The position numbers and the translations under genes are program-made. Under the pieces are notes generated by a model, which ran no database searches, was not told where the DNA came from, and saw only the letters and a program-made list of their open reading frames with translations. This document shows, one piece after another, positions 9,785-21,690 of a stretch of 32,000 bases of DNA; positions within the stretch are counted from its first letter, which is position 1, and each line of letters begins with the position of its first letter. The DNA is from Aliivibrio fischeri ES114 (GTDB taxonomy: Bacteria > Pseudomonadota > Gammaproteobacteria > Enterobacterales > Vibrionaceae), in the NCBI RefSeq assembly GCF_000011805.1, contig NC_006840.2; one strand, given 5' to 3'.

Positions 9785-10933
9785 TTATTTTGATTTTTCG
9801 GCTTTAACAGCTTCTAAAATAACGAATTTTGAATTGCTAGCAACTGTGGTGACATTTTCTTCACCAAATAAGCGACATAATTTACCATCATAATCAAGAT
9901 GACGGTTTCCAATAACTAATAATTTACCATCTTTGCACAAGATGTGCTTAGCATCACAGAACATTTGCCATGCAATATGATCGGTAATTGCCTGACCTTG
10001 ATGGAATGGAGGGTTGCAAAGTACAAGGTAACTACTGTGCTTTTTAAAACCATCGAGACAATTATTAGCAATAAATTGAAATTGACGTTCTTTACCTAAG
10101 TTAACTTCTAAATTGCGGTGTGCTGACTCTACAGCCATAAAGCTTTCATCAACACAAGTAATACGAGCTTCAGGGTTTAATTGACCAGCTTTTACACTGA
10201 GTACTCCATTGCCACAACCAAGATCTATAATGTGTCGTAATTCAGGATCTGAAGGAATATGGTCAAGCATAAAGCGAGCACCTTGGTCTAATTTTTCTCC
10301 AGAATATACGTTAGGGTAATTAAGAAGATCGATGTCTTCATTATCTACACTCCAACATACTGCTTCAGCAATGGTTTTTGGATTCGATACGTTTGCATTT
10401 GAAAACACTAAACGGTGCTTCTTCCAAGCAAGCGATGTTTTAGTTTCCCCAAGGTAGTCTTCAAATAACTCAAGTGTTGAACTATGGATTTCTTTTGCTT
10501 TATTTACAGCGATAATAGGGCAGCTACTGTCCATTGATTGACGCAGTTGTTGTAGTTGCCATGTGAGCATTCGATTGTTTTTTGGGATCTGCATTAATAC
10601 TAAATCGAAACCTTGTGGCATCTCTTCAGTTGATGTAATAAGCTGTACACGGTTACATTGGTTTCGTTGTAGGTTTTTTAATGTACCACGTTGTGAAACA
10701 AACGAATCGGTCATCATTGTTACGTTATGCTTGTCTGAGAACCAGCATGATAATGCACCAAAATTATCATTTAAGATAAGGATGTTTTTGCCATCTTCTA
10801 GATTTAGCTCTTCTTCTACATATTTAATGATGTATTCATCACCTGCATCCCATGCTTGCAGTAGTTCTTGAGCACGTTTAGGGTAACGTTGTAAGTTTAG
10901 GCTTCGGTCAAGTAGACTCAGTTCTGTTTTCAT
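9785..10933 (-). CDS. rlmG: 23S rRNA (guanine-N2) methyltransferase RlmG
   Basis: IIDLGCGNGVLSVKA SAM motif and NPPFHQG catalytic motif; N-terminus LNLQRYPKRAQELLQAWDAGDEY typical of RlmG. Confidence 0.88.
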   Translation of the reverse strand: MKTELSLLDRSLNLQRYPKRAQELLQAWDAGDEYIIKYVEEELNLEDGKNILILNDNFGALSCWFSDKHNVTMMTDSFVSQRGTLKNLQRNQCNRVQLITSTEEMPQGFDLVLMQIPKNNRMLTWQLQQLRQSMDSSCPIIAVNKAKEIHSSTLELFEDYLGETKTSLAWKKHRLVFSNANVSNPKTIAEAVCWSVDNEDIDLLNYPNVYSGEKLDQGARFMLDHIPSDPELRHIIDLGCGNGVLSVKAGQLNPEARITCVDESFMAVESAHRNLEVNLGKERQFQFIANNCLDGFKKHSSYLVLCNPPFHQGQAITDHIAWQMFCDAKHILCKDGKLLVIGNRHLDYDGKLCRLFGEENVTTVASNSKFVILEAVKAEKSK

Positions 10934-11028
10934 AATGATTTGATCTTCAAATAGGGAAGGCTTCTAGCTATTGTCGCAAATGGTGTATAAAGTGGAAACA
11001 GAAGAATTCAAATAAAGAAAGGAATTAT

Positions 11029-11343
11029 ATGATTCAGCATCAAATTGAACAAAAATTACGCGAAGCGTTAGCGCCTTCTTATCTTAAAGTTCTAAATGAA
11101 AGCTATATGCATAACGTACCTGAAGGTTCTGAAAGCCATTTTAAGGTAATTGTAGTGAGCGACGAATTTGAAGGTAAACGTTTGATTGCTCGCCATCGAG
11201 CTATTAATAACATTTTAGCTGAAGAATTGTCAGATCATATTCATGCTTTAGCCATTCATACGTATACAGAAACAGAATGGCAAGCTCTAGATGCAGAGCA
11301 AGTTCCTCTTAGTCCCAACTGTATGGGCGGTGGAAAAGGTTAA
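11029..11343 (+). CDS. bolA: BolA family protein
   Basis: [58 protein letters not shown]. Confidence 0.95.
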   Translation: MIQHQIEQKLREALAPSYLKVLNESYMHNVPEGSESHFKVIVVSDEFEGKRLIARHRAINNILAEELSDHIHALAIHTYTETEWQALDAEQVPLSPNCMGGGKG

Positions 11344-11736
11344 AAATGAAACGCTAATGTTTATTTTTTAACATAAAATAAATATAAAATAAGTCTGTTT
11401 GTTAAAAAATGACTAATATTTAATGTCATTGCTACTTATGGGGTATTTTTTGATTTTGAACAAGAATTGTGCAGTAGGTCTAAAATGCTCAACCTATTTC
11501 AATGATTTCTGACAATGAATAGTAAAAAATAGCAGGAATCTAGTCATTGAACGTGGCATCTACACCATAAAAAATGATAGAATCCTCCGCCTTAAAACAG
11601 CTTTTTTCGTATTTATGTAAAAAGCATATTACTAGGATGTTAATAGTGTTGCGCGATTTGTGTCGTCAATACTGGACACATGCAGTGTCGTGTCTTATAT
11701 AGAATCTTTTTTCCCATAAAATTAGTGCAAGTGCGT

Positions 11737-13077
11737 ATGATTACAATAAAAAAGGGTTTGGATCTTCCTATTGCAGGTGTTCCTACTCAGGTGATTAATG
11801 ATGGTAAATCCATCACTAAAGTCGCCTTGCTTGGCGAAGAGTACGTTGGTATGCGTCCTACGATGCATGTCCGCGTGGAAGATGTAGTAAAGAAAGGTCA
11901 GGTTCTTTTTGCAGATAAAAAGAATCCAGGCGTAGTATTTACTGCTCCAGTAAGTGGTAAGGTTGTTGAAATTAACCGTGGTGCGAAGCGCGTACTTCAA
12001 TCTGTAGTAATTGCAGTTGAAGGCGAAGAGCAGGTTACTTTTAATAGCTATGCAGCAAATGAACTAGTGTCGCTTGATCGTGAAACGATCAAAACACAAC
12101 TGGTTGATTCAGGTGCATGGACTGCATTACGTACTCGTCCGTTCAGCAAGGTTCCAGCGATTGATTCTGAAACAAAGGCTATCTTTGTTACTGCTATGGA
12201 TACTAATCCACTAGCGGCTGATGCAGAAGTGATCATTAACCAACAAGAAGAAGCCTTTATTGCAGGCCTAGACCTATTATCTGTATTAACAGGTGATAAA
12301 GTTTACGTATGTAAGAAAGGAGGTAGCTTACCTCGTTCTTCTCAAAAAAATGTTGAAGAACATGTATTTGATGGCCCTCATCCAGCTGGTTTAGCCGGTA
12401 CTCACATGCATTACTTGTATCCTGTTGATACAAATCATGTAGCGTGGAGCATTGGTTACCAAGATGTGATTGCATTCGGTCAACTGTTCTTAACGGGTGA
12501 AATCTACTCTGAAAGAATCGTATCTTTAGCTGGCCCTGCAGTAAATAATCCTCGTTTAGTTCGTACTATTACTGGTGCAAGCTTAGTTGATTTAACTGAC
12601 AGTGAAGTAATGCCTGGTGAGATTCGTGTGATTTCTGGTTCTGTACTTAACGGTACGCAAGCATCAGGTCCTCACGCTTACCTTGGTCGTTACCATCAGC
12701 AAGTTTCTGTTCTTCGTGAAGGTCGTGAGAAAGAATTGTTTGGTTGGGCTGTTCCTGGCAAAAACAAATTCTCAGTAACTCGTTCATTCTTGAGTCACTT
12801 ATTCTCAGGTCAACTGTTTAACATGACGACAACTACTAACGGTAGTGATCGTGCAATGGTGCCAATCGGTAACTACGAACGCGTATTACCATTAGACATG
12901 GAAGCAACCATGTTATTGCGTGACCTTTGTGCTGGTGATGTTGACAGTGCACAACGCTTAGGTGCATTAGAGTTAGATGAAGAAGATCTAGGTCTATGTA
13001 CATATGTGTGCCCTGGTAAATATGAGTATGGTCCAATGCTTCGTGAGATCTTGGATACCATCGAGAAGGAAGGGTAA
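11737..13077 (+). CDS. nqrA: Na+-translocating NADH:quinone reductase subunit A; track start at 11680 is probably 19 codons too long
   Basis: [20 protein letters not shown] is the canonical NqrA N-terminus; the upstream extension is not NqrA-like. Confidence 0.93.
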   Translation: MITIKKGLDLPIAGVPTQVINDGKSITKVALLGEEYVGMRPTMHVRVEDVVKKGQVLFADKKNPGVVFTAPVSGKVVEINRGAKRVLQSVVIAVEGEEQVTFNSYAANELVSLDRETIKTQLVDSGAWTALRTRPFSKVPAIDSETKAIFVTAMDTNPLAADAEVIINQQEEAFIAGLDLLSVLTGDKVYVCKKGGSLPRSSQKNVEEHVFDGPHPAGLAGTHMHYLYPVDTNHVAWSIGYQDVIAFGQLFLTGEIYSERIVSLAGPAVNNPRLVRTITGASLVDLTDSEVMPGEIRVISGSVLNGTQASGPHAYLGRYHQQVSVLREGREKELFGWAVPGKNKFSVTRSFLSHLFSGQLFNMTTTTNGSDRAMVPIGNYERVLPLDMEATMLLRDLCAGDVDSAQRLGALELDEEDLGLCTYVCPGKYEYGPMLREILDTIEKEG

Positions 13078-13080
13078 TTG

Positions 13081-14325
13081 ATGAGCCTTTTAAATTTATT
13101 TGAAAAAGTTGAACATCATTTTGAGCCAGGCGGTAAATATGAGAAGTGGTTTGCTTTATACGAAGCAACAGCAACACTTTTCTATACTCCTGGTACAGTA
13201 ACAAAAGGTGGTTCACATGTTCGTGATAGCGTTGACTTAAAACGTATCATGATCATGGTATGGTTTGCGGTATTCCCAGCAATGTTCTGGGGTATGTACA
13301 ACGCAGGTAACCAAGCAATTGTTGCTCTTGAACATATGTATTCAGGCGCTGAACTTGCAGCAGTTATTTCTGGCAACTGGCACTACTGGTTGACTGAAAT
13401 GCTAGGTGGCACAGTAAGTGCTGATGCAGGTTGGGGCAGTAGCATGCTACTGGGTGCAACATACTTCTTGCCAATCTACGCAACAGTGTTCCTTGTTGGT
13501 GGTTTCTGGGAAGTATTGTTCTGTATGGTGCGTAAGCATGAAGTTAACGAAGGTTTCTTTGTAACTTCTATCCTTTTCGCATTGATCGTTCCACCAACAC
13601 TTCCACTATGGCAAGCAGCGTTAGGTATTACTTTCGGTGTTGTTGTAGCGAAAGAAATCTTTGGTGGTACTGGTCGTAACTTCCTAAACCCTGCGCTAGC
13701 GGGTCGTGCATTCCTATTCTTTGCATACCCAGCTCAAATTTCAGGTGATACAGTTTGGACTGCTGCTGATGGCTTCTCTGGTGCAACAGCACTTAGCCAA
13801 TGGGCACAAGGCGGTCAAGGTGGCCTAGTAAATACAATTACTGGCGACACAATCACTTGGATGGACGCATTCATTGGTAATATCCCAGGTTCAATTGGTG
13901 AGGTTTCGACTCTTGCTCTGATCCTTGGTGGTCTAATGATCGTTTACATGCGTATTGCTTCATGGCGTATCATTGCTGGTGTAATGATCGGTATGGTTGC
14001 AGTGTCTACACTGTTTAACCTAATCGGTTCTGACACAAATGCAATGTTCAGCATGCCTTGGCATTGGCACCTAGTTCTTGGTGGTTTCGCGTTTGGTATG
14101 ATCTTTATGGCAACAGACCCAGTATCGGCTTCATTTACTAATAAAGGTAAGTGGTGGTACGGTATTTTAATTGGTGGTATGGCTGTAATGATCCGTGTAG
14201 TTAACCCTGCATACCCTGAAGGTATGATGTTAGCTATTCTATTTGCAAACTTGTTTGCTCCATTGTTTGATAACCTTGTAGTTGAAGGTAACGTGAAACG
14301 GAGACTAAAACGCTATGGCAAGTAA
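13081..14325 (+). CDS. nqrB: Na+-NQR subunit B
   Basis: [25 protein letters not shown], membrane protein; FMN-threonine site region SGATALSQW. Confidence 0.96.
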   Translation: MSLLNLFEKVEHHFEPGGKYEKWFALYEATATLFYTPGTVTKGGSHVRDSVDLKRIMIMVWFAVFPAMFWGMYNAGNQAIVALEHMYSGAELAAVISGNWHYWLTEMLGGTVSADAGWGSSMLLGATYFLPIYATVFLVGGFWEVLFCMVRKHEVNEGFFVTSILFALIVPPTLPLWQAALGITFGVVVAKEIFGGTGRNFLNPALAGRAFLFFAYPAQISGDTVWTAADGFSGATALSQWAQGGQGGLVNTITGDTITWMDAFIGNIPGSIGEVSTLALILGGLMIVYMRIASWRIIAGVMIGMVAVSTLFNLIGSDTNAMFSMPWHWHLVLGGFAFGMIFMATDPVSASFTNKGKWWYGILIGGMAVMIRVVNPAYPEGMMLAILFANLFAPLFDNLVVEGNVKRRLKRYGK

Positions 14326-15082
14326 TAACGATAGCATTAAAAAGACTCTCGGTGTTGTTATTGGTTTGAGCCTAGTGTGTTCAATCATCGTATCAACGGC
14401 GGCAGTTGGTCTGCGTGATAAGCAAAAAGCAAACGCAGTTCTAGATAAGCAAAGCAAAATTGTTGAAGTTGCAGGTGTTACAGGTTCAGGTACTGTTCCT
14501 GAACTATTCGCTGCAAACATCGAACCTCGTCTTGTTGATTTTGCAACAGGTGAGTTCGTTGATGGTGACGCAGCTACTTACGATCAACGTAAAGCAGCTA
14601 AAGATCCAAAACAATCAATTAAGCTAACAGCTGAGCAAGATAAAGCAAAAATCATTCGTCGTGCAAACTTAGGTGTTGTTTACCTAGTTAAAGATGGCGA
14701 CAAAGTGACTAAAATTATCCTACCTGTTCACGGTACTGGATTATGGTCAATGATGTATGCGTTTGTTGCAGTTGAGACTGATGGTAACACTATTGCGGGT
14801 ATCACTTACTACGACCAAGCGGAAACTCCGGGACTTGGTGGTGAAGTTGAAAACCCAACGTGGCGTGCACAATTCGTAGGTAAGAAACTGTTTGATGAAA
14901 ATCATAAACCTGCAATTAAGATCGTTAAAGGCGGTGCTCCAGCTGGTTCTGAGTACGGTGTAGATGGTCTTTCTGGTGCAACGCTAACAGGTAACGGTGT
15001 TCAACACACGTTTGACTTCTGGTTAGGTAATGATGGCTTCGGTCCATTCCTTGCTAAAGTTCGTGATGGAGGTCTGAACTAA
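14315..15082 (+). CDS. nqrC: Na+-NQR subunit C
   Basis: [15 protein letters not shown] covalent-FMN motif (SGAT). Confidence 0.96.
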   Translation: MASNNDSIKKTLGVVIGLSLVCSIIVSTAAVGLRDKQKANAVLDKQSKIVEVAGVTGSGTVPELFAANIEPRLVDFATGEFVDGDAATYDQRKAAKDPKQSIKLTAEQDKAKIIRRANLGVVYLVKDGDKVTKIILPVHGTGLWSMMYAFVAVETDGNTIAGITYYDQAETPGLGGEVENPTWRAQFVGKKLFDENHKPAIKIVKGGAPAGSEYGVDGLSGATLTGNGVQHTFDFWLGNDGFGPFLAKVRDGGLN

Positions 15083-15714
15083 TGGCTAGCGCAAAAGATA
15101 TTAAAAAGAGCATTTTAGCGCCGGTGTTGGATAACAACCCTATCGCGCTACAAGTTCTTGGTGTTTGTTCAGCTCTAGCTGTAACAACTAAGCTTGAAAC
15201 GGCTTTCGTTATGACTTTAGCGGTAATGTTTGTTACTGCTTTATCTAACTTATTCGTTTCGCTAATTCGTAACCACATGCCAAACAGCGTTCGTATCATC
15301 GTTCAGATGGCGATCATTGCTTCTTTGGTAATCGTTGTTGACCAAGTATTGAAAGCATATCTATACGATATCTCTAAACAGCTTTCAGTATTCGTAAGCT
15401 TGATCATTACAAACTGTATCGTAATGGGTCGTGCGGAAGCGTTCGCAATGAAGTCTGCTCCATTCCCATCGTTTATCGATGGTATTGGTAACGGTCTTGG
15501 TTATGGTTTTGTACTGATGACAGTAGCATTTTTCCGTGAACTTCTTGGTTCTGGTAAGCTATTTGGTGTTGAAGTTCTTCCACTTGTTTCTAACGGTGGT
15601 TGGTACCAACCAAATGGTCTAATGCTTCTAGCACCATCAGCATTCTTCTTAATTGGTTTTATGATCTGGGCTATCCGTATCCTTAAACCAGAACAAGTAG
15701 AAGCGAAGGAGTAA
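15082..15714 (+). CDS. nqrD: Na+-NQR subunit D
   Basis: [38 protein letters not shown]. Confidence 0.96.
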   Translation: MASAKDIKKSILAPVLDNNPIALQVLGVCSALAVTTKLETAFVMTLAVMFVTALSNLFVSLIRNHMPNSVRIIVQMAIIASLVIVVDQVLKAYLYDISKQLSVFVSLIITNCIVMGRAEAFAMKSAPFPSFIDGIGNGLGYGFVLMTVAFFRELLGSGKLFGVEVLPLVSNGGWYQPNGLMLLAPSAFFLIGFMIWAIRILKPEQVEAKE

Positions 15715-15721
15715 GGTCGAA

Positions 15722-16318
15722 ATGGAACATTATATTAGTTTACTTGTTAAATCGATCTTCATCGAAAACATGGCGCTTTCATTTTTCCTAGGTATGTGTA
15801 CGTTCTTAGCTGTATCTAAGAAAGTAAAAACATCGTTTGGTCTTGGTGTTGCGGTAGTTGTTGTTCTAACAATCGCTGTACCTGTGAACAACCTTGTTTA
15901 TACGTACCTACTAAAAGAAAATGCGTTAGTTGCGGGTGTTGATTTAACATTCCTTAGCTTTATTACTTTTATCGGTGTAATTGCAGCACTAGTACAAATC
16001 CTAGAAATGATCTTAGATCGCTTCTTCCCACCTTTGTACAATGCTCTAGGTATCTTCCTTCCGTTAATCACAGTTAACTGTGCTATTTTCGGTGGTGTAT
16101 CTTTCATGGTTCAACGTGACTATAACTTTGCTGAATCTGTAGTATACGGTTTCGGTTCAGGTATTGGTTGGATGTTGGCTATCGTAGCGCTTGCTGGTAT
16201 TCGTGAAAAAATGAAGTACTCTGATGTACCTCCTGGTCTTCGTGGCCTTGGTATTACTTTCATTACAGTAGGTTTAATGGCGTTAGGCTTTATGTCTTTC
16301 TCTGGTGTTCAACTGTAG
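15722..16318 (+). CDS. nqrE: Na+-NQR subunit E
   Basis: [34 protein letters not shown]. Confidence 0.96.
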   Translation: MEHYISLLVKSIFIENMALSFFLGMCTFLAVSKKVKTSFGLGVAVVVVLTIAVPVNNLVYTYLLKENALVAGVDLTFLSFITFIGVIAALVQILEMILDRFFPPLYNALGIFLPLITVNCAIFGGVSFMVQRDYNFAESVVYGFGSGIGWMLAIVALAGIREKMKYSDVPPGLRGLGITFITVGLMALGFMSFSGVQL

Positions 16319-16347
16319 GGTAAGCACCCAATAATAAGGAATAACAA

Positions 16348-17574
16348 ATGCAAAGCATTATTCTTGGTGTAGCGATGTTTACCATTATTGTATTGGCTTT
16401 AGTATTAGTGATCTTATTCGCTAAATCTAAGTTAGTACCATCAGGTGACATTACTATCTCTGTAAATGGCGATGCTGATAAAGCAATCATTACTCAACCA
16501 GGTGGTAAATTACTTAGTGCTCTTGGTAGCGCTGGTATTTTCGTATCATCTGCTTGTGGTGGTGGTGGCTCTTGTGGTCAGTGTCGTGTGAAAGTGAAAT
16601 CTGGTGGTGGTGATATTCTACCTACAGAGCTTGATCACATTTCAAAAGGTGAGGCTCGCGAAGGTGAGCGCCTAGCATGTCAAGTTTCAATGAAAACTGA
16701 CATGGAAATTGAACTTCCTGAAGAAATCTTTGGTGTTAAAAAGTGGGAATGTACTGTTATCTCTAATGATAACGAAGCTACTTTCATTAAAGAGTTAGCG
16801 CTTGCTATCCCTGAAGGTGAAGAAGTTCCATTCCGTGCTGGTGGTTATATTCAGATTGAAGCTGAACCACACCATATTAAATATTCGGATTTTGATATTC
16901 CTGAAGAATATCGTGGTGACTGGGATAAGTTTAACTTATTCCGTTACGAGTCAATCGTTAATGAACATTCAATCCGTGCTTACTCTATGGCTTCATACCC
17001 AGAAGAGAAAGGCATTATTAAACTGAACGTTCGTATCGCGACTCCGCCGCCAAATAATCCTGATGTTCCACCTGGTGTAATGTCTTCTTATATTTGGTCA
17101 CTAAAAGCTGGTGATAAATGTACTATTTCTGGTCCATTTGGTGAGTTCTTCGCTAAAGATACTGACAATGAAATGGTATTCATCGGTGGTGGTGCAGGTA
17201 TGGCGCCAATGCGTTCTCATATCTTTGACCAATTATTACGTCTTAAGTCTAAGCGTAAGATGTCTTACTGGTATGGTGCACGTTCTAAGCGTGAAATGTT
17301 CTATGTTGAAGATTTCGATGGTCTAGCGGCTGATAACGAAAACTTCGTATGGCACTGTGCACTTTCTGATCCAATGCCAGAAGATAACTGGGATGGTTAC
17401 ACAGGCTTTATCCACAATGTTCTTTATGAAAACTACTTACGTGATCATGAAGCACCTGAAGATTGTGAATACTACATGTGTGGTCCACCAATGATGAACG
17501 CTGCTGTTATCGGCATGCTGAAAGATCTTGGTGTTGAAGATGAAAACATCTTACTAGATGACTTCGGTGGTTAA
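16348..17574 (+). CDS. nqrF: Na+-NQR subunit F, 2Fe-2S/FAD flavodoxin reductase subunit
   Basis: [13 protein letters not shown] 2Fe-2S ligands; [14 protein letters not shown] motif; [10 protein letters not shown]. Confidence 0.97.
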   Translation: MQSIILGVAMFTIIVLALVLVILFAKSKLVPSGDITISVNGDADKAIITQPGGKLLSALGSAGIFVSSACGGGGSCGQCRVKVKSGGGDILPTELDHISKGEAREGERLACQVSMKTDMEIELPEEIFGVKKWECTVISNDNEATFIKELALAIPEGEEVPFRAGGYIQIEAEPHHIKYSDFDIPEEYRGDWDKFNLFRYESIVNEHSIRAYSMASYPEEKGIIKLNVRIATPPPNNPDVPPGVMSSYIWSLKAGDKCTISGPFGEFFAKDTDNEMVFIGGGAGMAPMRSHIFDQLLRLKSKRKMSYWYGARSKREMFYVEDFDGLAADNENFVWHCALSDPMPEDNWDGYTGFIHNVLYENYLRDHEAPEDCEYYMCGPPMMNAAVIGMLKDLGVEDENILLDDFGG

Positions 17575-17595
17575 TCTATCGAAGTAAGAAATATT

Positions 17596-17625
17596 GGCTG
17601 ACTCAGTACTGAGTCAGCCTTTTTT
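17596..17625 (+). terminator. Terminator after nqrF
   Basis: GGCTGACTCAgtacTGAGTCAGCC palindrome followed by TTTTTT. Confidence 0.9.
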
Positions 17626-17701
17626 CGTATTTATGGTCCGTATTTAACCTGACAAAGTACAGGGTTATAGGTTTAGTAAACAAACTTAAATTTATATTCC
17701 T

Positions 17702-18766
17702 GTGTATTGTTTGTATTTAAAGGAGTTGGCAGTGTTTGTCAGTTTTACTCAGTTAATTAATAAAGCAAAACTTATTTTATTACCTTGTTTTGCCCTTATT
17801 TTACTTGCTGGTTGTGGTGATCAGCGTGAGCAAGTCTATCTGAATGGTCCTACGATGGGGACAAGCTATAATATTAAATATATAAGCAAAGATGGACTGC
17901 CTAAATCTGAAGACGTTCATGCGGAGATAGATAAGCGATTAGAGCTTGTTAATGACCAAATGTCGACATACAGAAAAGATTCAGAGTTGAGTCGATTTAA
18001 CCAAAGTAAAGAACTGACTCCATTTACAGTATCAAAAGATACGGCAACCGTTATTAAAGAAGCGATTCGATTGAATAAGGTTACTTTAGGAGCGCTTGAT
18101 GTAACTGTTGGTCCTCTTGTTAATCTATGGGGATTTGGACCAGAAGCTCGACCAGAAGTCGTTCCTACTGATGAAGAATTAAATGCGCGACGTAAAATTG
18201 TTGGCATTCAGCATTTAGAAGCAACAGAAACTACAGTTACAAAAGATATCCCTGAGCTATATGTTGATTTATCAACGATCGCTAAAGGTTGGGGTGTTGA
18301 CGTTGTTGCTAATTACCTAGAAGAGCTTGGCATCACTGATTACATGGTTGAAGTCGGTGGTGAGATGCGAGTGAAAGGCAAAAATAAAGAAAATGTTGCT
18401 TGGCGTATCGCAATTGAAAAACCATCAGTTGATGAGCGTGCGATTCAAGAGATTATAGAGCCGGGTCATCATGCAGTAGCGACATCTGGCGATTACCGTA
18501 TATACTTTGAGAAAGAGGGTATCCGTTACTCTCATATTATTAACCCAATTACAGGTTACCCTATTTCAAATAAGGTAGTATCTGTAACGGTACTCGATAA
18601 ATCATCAATGACGGCCGATGGACTTGCTACGGGTTTAATGCTTCTTGGTGAAGAGCAAGGTATAGAGGTTGCTAATAAACACAATATTCCTGTTTTCATG
18701 ATAGTGAAAACGAAAGATGGCTTTAAAGAGATAGCATCTGAAGCCTTTAAGCCTTTTTTGAAGTAA
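17702..18766 (+). CDS. apbE: FAD:protein FMN transferase (lipoprotein); true start may lie 20-50 nt further downstream
   Basis: Lipobox LLAGCG; GPTMGTSYNIKY; TVGPLVNLWGFGP; IAKGWGVD. Located beside nqr. Confidence 0.93.
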   Translation: MYCLYLKELAVFVSFTQLINKAKLILLPCFALILLAGCGDQREQVYLNGPTMGTSYNIKYISKDGLPKSEDVHAEIDKRLELVNDQMSTYRKDSELSRFNQSKELTPFTVSKDTATVIKEAIRLNKVTLGALDVTVGPLVNLWGFGPEARPEVVPTDEELNARRKIVGIQHLEATETTVTKDIPELYVDLSTIAKGWGVDVVANYLEELGITDYMVEVGGEMRVKGKNKENVAWRIAIEKPSVDERAIQEIIEPGHHAVATSGDYRIYFEKEGIRYSHIINPITGYPISNKVVSVTVLDKSSMTADGLATGLMLLGEEQGIEVANKHNIPVFMIVKTKDGFKEIASEAFKPFLK

Positions 18767-18777
18767 GTGAGTAAATA

Positions 18778-19011
18778 ATGAATACATTTCTGATTACATT
18801 TTTTGTTTTCTTAGCGGTAATTGCTGCAATGGCTATTGGTTACATTATTCAGCGTAAAGTTGTAAAAGGTAGCTGTGGTGGTCTTGGTGCTGTAGGTATT
18901 GATAAAGTTTGTAATTGTCCTGAACCATGCGATGCTCGCAAAAAGCGTGAAGCTAAAGCGGCACTTAGAGCTGAAAAATTAGCAGCATGGGAAAAAGACC
19001 GTATCGCATAG
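18778..19011 (+). CDS. nqrM: Na+-NQR maturation protein NqrM (DUF539-type)
   Basis: 77 aa, N-terminal TM, Cys-rich GSCGGLGAVGIDKVCNCPEPCD. Confidence 0.95.
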   Translation: MNTFLITFFVFLAVIAAMAIGYIIQRKVVKGSCGGLGAVGIDKVCNCPEPCDARKKREAKAALRAEKLAAWEKDRIA

Positions 19012-19035
19012 TTAATACCTCATAATTCCATTTTT

Positions 19036-19064
19036 AAACAGCACCTATTATTGGTGCTGTTTTT
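19036..19064 (+). terminator. Terminator after nqrM
   Basis: AAACAGCACC-tattatt-GGTGCTGTTT with a T run. Confidence 0.85.
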
Positions 19065-19096
19065 ATTTGAATAAAAAATGGTTCAAAGTTATCATT

Positions 19097-19116
19097 AACT
19101 GTGTTTTTATACAGTT
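19097..19116 (+). promoter_or_regulatory. LexA (SOS) operator of dinB
   Basis: AACTGTGTTTTTATACAGTT: perfect CTGT-N8-ACAG, directly upstream of the dinB ATG. Confidence 0.85.
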
Positions 19117-19123
19117 AATTTTT

Positions 19124-20221
19124 ATGAGTATCGACCACCAATCATCTTCTTCGAAGCAAGTAACTAGAAATCAAAAGATTATTCATATTGATATGGATTG
19201 CTTCTATGCGGCTGTTGAAATGCGAGATAATCCCAGTTTACGCAATGTACCTTTGGCGGTTGGGGGGCATGAACGTCAACGAGGTGTACTAAGTACTTGT
19301 AATTATGAAGCTAGGAAGTTTGGTATTCGTTCTGCTATGCCAACAGGTAAAGCATTAAAATTATGCCCAAATCTCGTTGTTGTACCGGGCCGAATGCAGG
19401 TCTATAAAGAAGTATCTCACCATATTCATCGTATATTTCGACGATATACCGATAAAATTGAACCCCTCTCATTAGATGAAGCGTATTTAGATGTTAGTGA
19501 TTGCTCACTTTTACACGGTTCTGCAACATTAATTGCAGAGCAAATCAGAAAAGATATATTTAATGAGCTTCAGCTTACCGCTTCTGCTGGAATCGCCCCA
19601 CTTAAATTCTTAGCTAAAATTGCATCAGATCTTAATAAACCAAATGGACAGTATGTTATTACCCCTGATTCCATGATGAATGAAATTAAGGGGTTACCTC
19701 TAGAGAAAATTCCTGGAGTAGGAAAAGTGAGTTTGGAGCGTCTTCATCAATTTGGGCTGTATACTTGTGAAGATATACAAAAGAGTGATCAAAGAGATTT
19801 ATTACTGAAATTTGGGAAGATGGGAGCGTCATTATGGAAAAGATCTCATGGTATTGATGAAAGAGAGGTTGTCACTGAACGAAACCGAAAATCTGTGGGA
19901 GTAGAGCGGACATTTACACATAATATCAGTAGTTTTAATGAATGCTGGGATGTTATCGAAAATAGGTTATTTCCTGAGTTAGAAAAAAGGTTATTAAAAG
20001 CGAATGGTTCAACTTTTATTGCCAAGCAAGGGATTAAAATTAAGTTTGCTGACTTTCAACAAACGACAATTGAACATGTACATCATAACTTAACGCTACC
20101 ATTTTTTAAGGAGCTGTTAGAAGAGGTGTTAGAAAGGCAAAAGGGAAGAGAGATTCGTTTAATTGGATTAAGTGTTACGCTCAAAGAGAAAGAGTATTTT
20201 CAACAATTACAACTCATTTAA
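19124..20221 (+). CDS. dinB: DNA polymerase IV; ATG at 19124 preferred to the TTG at 19067 reported in the track
   Basis: IIHIDMDCFYAAVEMRDNP, YSIDEAYLD-like PLSLDEAYLDVS. The 19067 extension runs through the LexA operator. Confidence 0.92.
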   Translation: MSIDHQSSSSKQVTRNQKIIHIDMDCFYAAVEMRDNPSLRNVPLAVGGHERQRGVLSTCNYEARKFGIRSAMPTGKALKLCPNLVVVPGRMQVYKEVSHHIHRIFRRYTDKIEPLSLDEAYLDVSDCSLLHGSATLIAEQIRKDIFNELQLTASAGIAPLKFLAKIASDLNKPNGQYVITPDSMMNEIKGLPLEKIPGVGKVSLERLHQFGLYTCEDIQKSDQRDLLLKFGKMGASLWKRSHGIDEREVVTERNRKSVGVERTFTHNISSFNECWDVIENRLFPELEKRLLKANGSTFIAKQGIKIKFADFQQTTIEHVHHNLTLPFFKELLEEVLERQKGREIRLIGLSVTLKEKEYFQQLQLI

Positions 20222-20410
20222 TGATGAATAATATAATTTAGCGCTTCAATATTGAGATTTTAGTATAAATTTCATTTAAATTTATTGATTTTTGATTAAA
20301 GATAAAACAGTTGATTCTTATTTGCACTGTTTCTGTAGAGGTTAAAAAAACGACGATATATAATTCCCTTTCGAGTTTTCGAAATAATTATTATATAAAA
20401 ACGGTTGTTT

Positions 20411-21622
20411 ATGAAGTTTACTAAATGTGCATTAGCGTTAAGTTTGGCATTACCAAGTATCGCTAATTCAGCTCCACTTCTTTCTTTAGATACATTAACA
20501 AATCAAGAAAAAATTCAACAAACTAACGCATGGTTAGAGATCGATACCCAAGCTTTCCAAAATAATATTGATACTTTAAGAGCATCATTAGAGCAAGACA
20601 CAAAAGTGTGCGCCATAATGAAAGCGGATGCTTATGGTAATGGTATTGAAGGTTTAATGGCCTCAGTTATTGAGCGCAATGTTGAATGTATTGGTATCAC
20701 AAGTAATGAAGAAGCTCGTATTGTGCGTGCTAAAGGTTTTGTCGGCGAACTAATGCGCGTTCGTGCGGCATCACCGAATGAAATTGAATCTGGTTTACAA
20801 TATAAAATTGAAGAGTTAATTGGTTCGAGTGAACAAGCTAATATTATTGCGAAATTAGCAAAACAGAACAACACGATTATTCCTGTGCATCTGGCTTTGA
20901 ATGCTGGTGGTATGGGTCGCAATGGTTTGGATTTATCACAACCTCAGGGTAAGAAAGAAGCATTAAACATTGCCTTTAATGGGCATGTGAACATTGTTGG
21001 CATTATGACTCACTTCCCAAATGAATCTGTCGATGAAATCCGCACTAAATTAAACCTTTTTAAACAAGAGAGCCAATGGTTAATTGATGAAGCACAATTA
21101 AACCGTGATGATATTACACTGCATGTGGCAAATTCATACACCACAATCAATCTACCTGAAGCGCACTTAGATATGGTTCGTCCTGGTGGTCTTCTTTATG
21201 GTGATATGCCAAATAATCCTGAATACAAACGCATTGTTCAATTCAAAACATCTGTGGCTTCTTTAAACTATTTACCAAAAGGGAGTACTATTGGTTATAG
21301 CAGTACTTATGTGCTAGGGCGTGATTCTATTTTAGCTAATTTACCATTAGGTTATTCTGATGGTTACGTTCGCTCTATTGGTAATAATGGTTACGTACTG
21401 ATTAATGGCCAAAAAGCGAATGTTGTTGGTGTAACATCAATGAATACCACAATGGTAGATATCACTGATATTAAAAATGTGCAGCCTGGAGATGAGGTTG
21501 TATTATTTGGTAAGCAAAATGAATTCACTATTGAAGCAAAAGAAATGGAAGCTTTCAGTAGTCGTAGCATGCCAGAGCTTTATGTTATTTGGGGTTCTAC
21601 AAATCCTAAGATCTACAAATAG
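20411..21622 (+). CDS. bsrV: Periplasmic alanine racemase-fold enzyme, probably broad-specificity amino-acid racemase (BsrV type)
   Basis: Signal peptide MKFTKCALALSLALPSIANS; PLP-lysine motif AIMKADAYGNG; racemase domain through GYSDGYVR. Confidence 0.8.
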   Translation: MKFTKCALALSLALPSIANSAPLLSLDTLTNQEKIQQTNAWLEIDTQAFQNNIDTLRASLEQDTKVCAIMKADAYGNGIEGLMASVIERNVECIGITSNEEARIVRAKGFVGELMRVRAASPNEIESGLQYKIEELIGSSEQANIIAKLAKQNNTIIPVHLALNAGGMGRNGLDLSQPQGKKEALNIAFNGHVNIVGIMTHFPNESVDEIRTKLNLFKQESQWLIDEAQLNRDDITLHVANSYTTINLPEAHLDMVRPGGLLYGDMPNNPEYKRIVQFKTSVASLNYLPKGSTIGYSSTYVLGRDSILANLPLGYSDGYVRSIGNNGYVLINGQKANVVGVTSMNTTMVDITDIKNVQPGDEVVLFGKQNEFTIEAKEMEAFSSRSMPELYVIWGSTNPKIYK

Positions 21623-21690
21623 ACGTCGGGTTGCACCAATTTAAGTAAGAATAATTAGGTACTTATTTAAATTATAATTGCGTAAATAAA

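Noticed and set aside
11722-15299. Several antisense ORFs of 62-126 aa opposite nqrA-nqrD (e.g. 12836-13216)
   Set aside because: Shadow ORFs opposite highly conserved nqr genes; no coding-like content.
16802-17326. Alternate-frame plus-strand ORFs within nqrF
   Set aside because: Same-strand frame shadows inside a complete nqrF.
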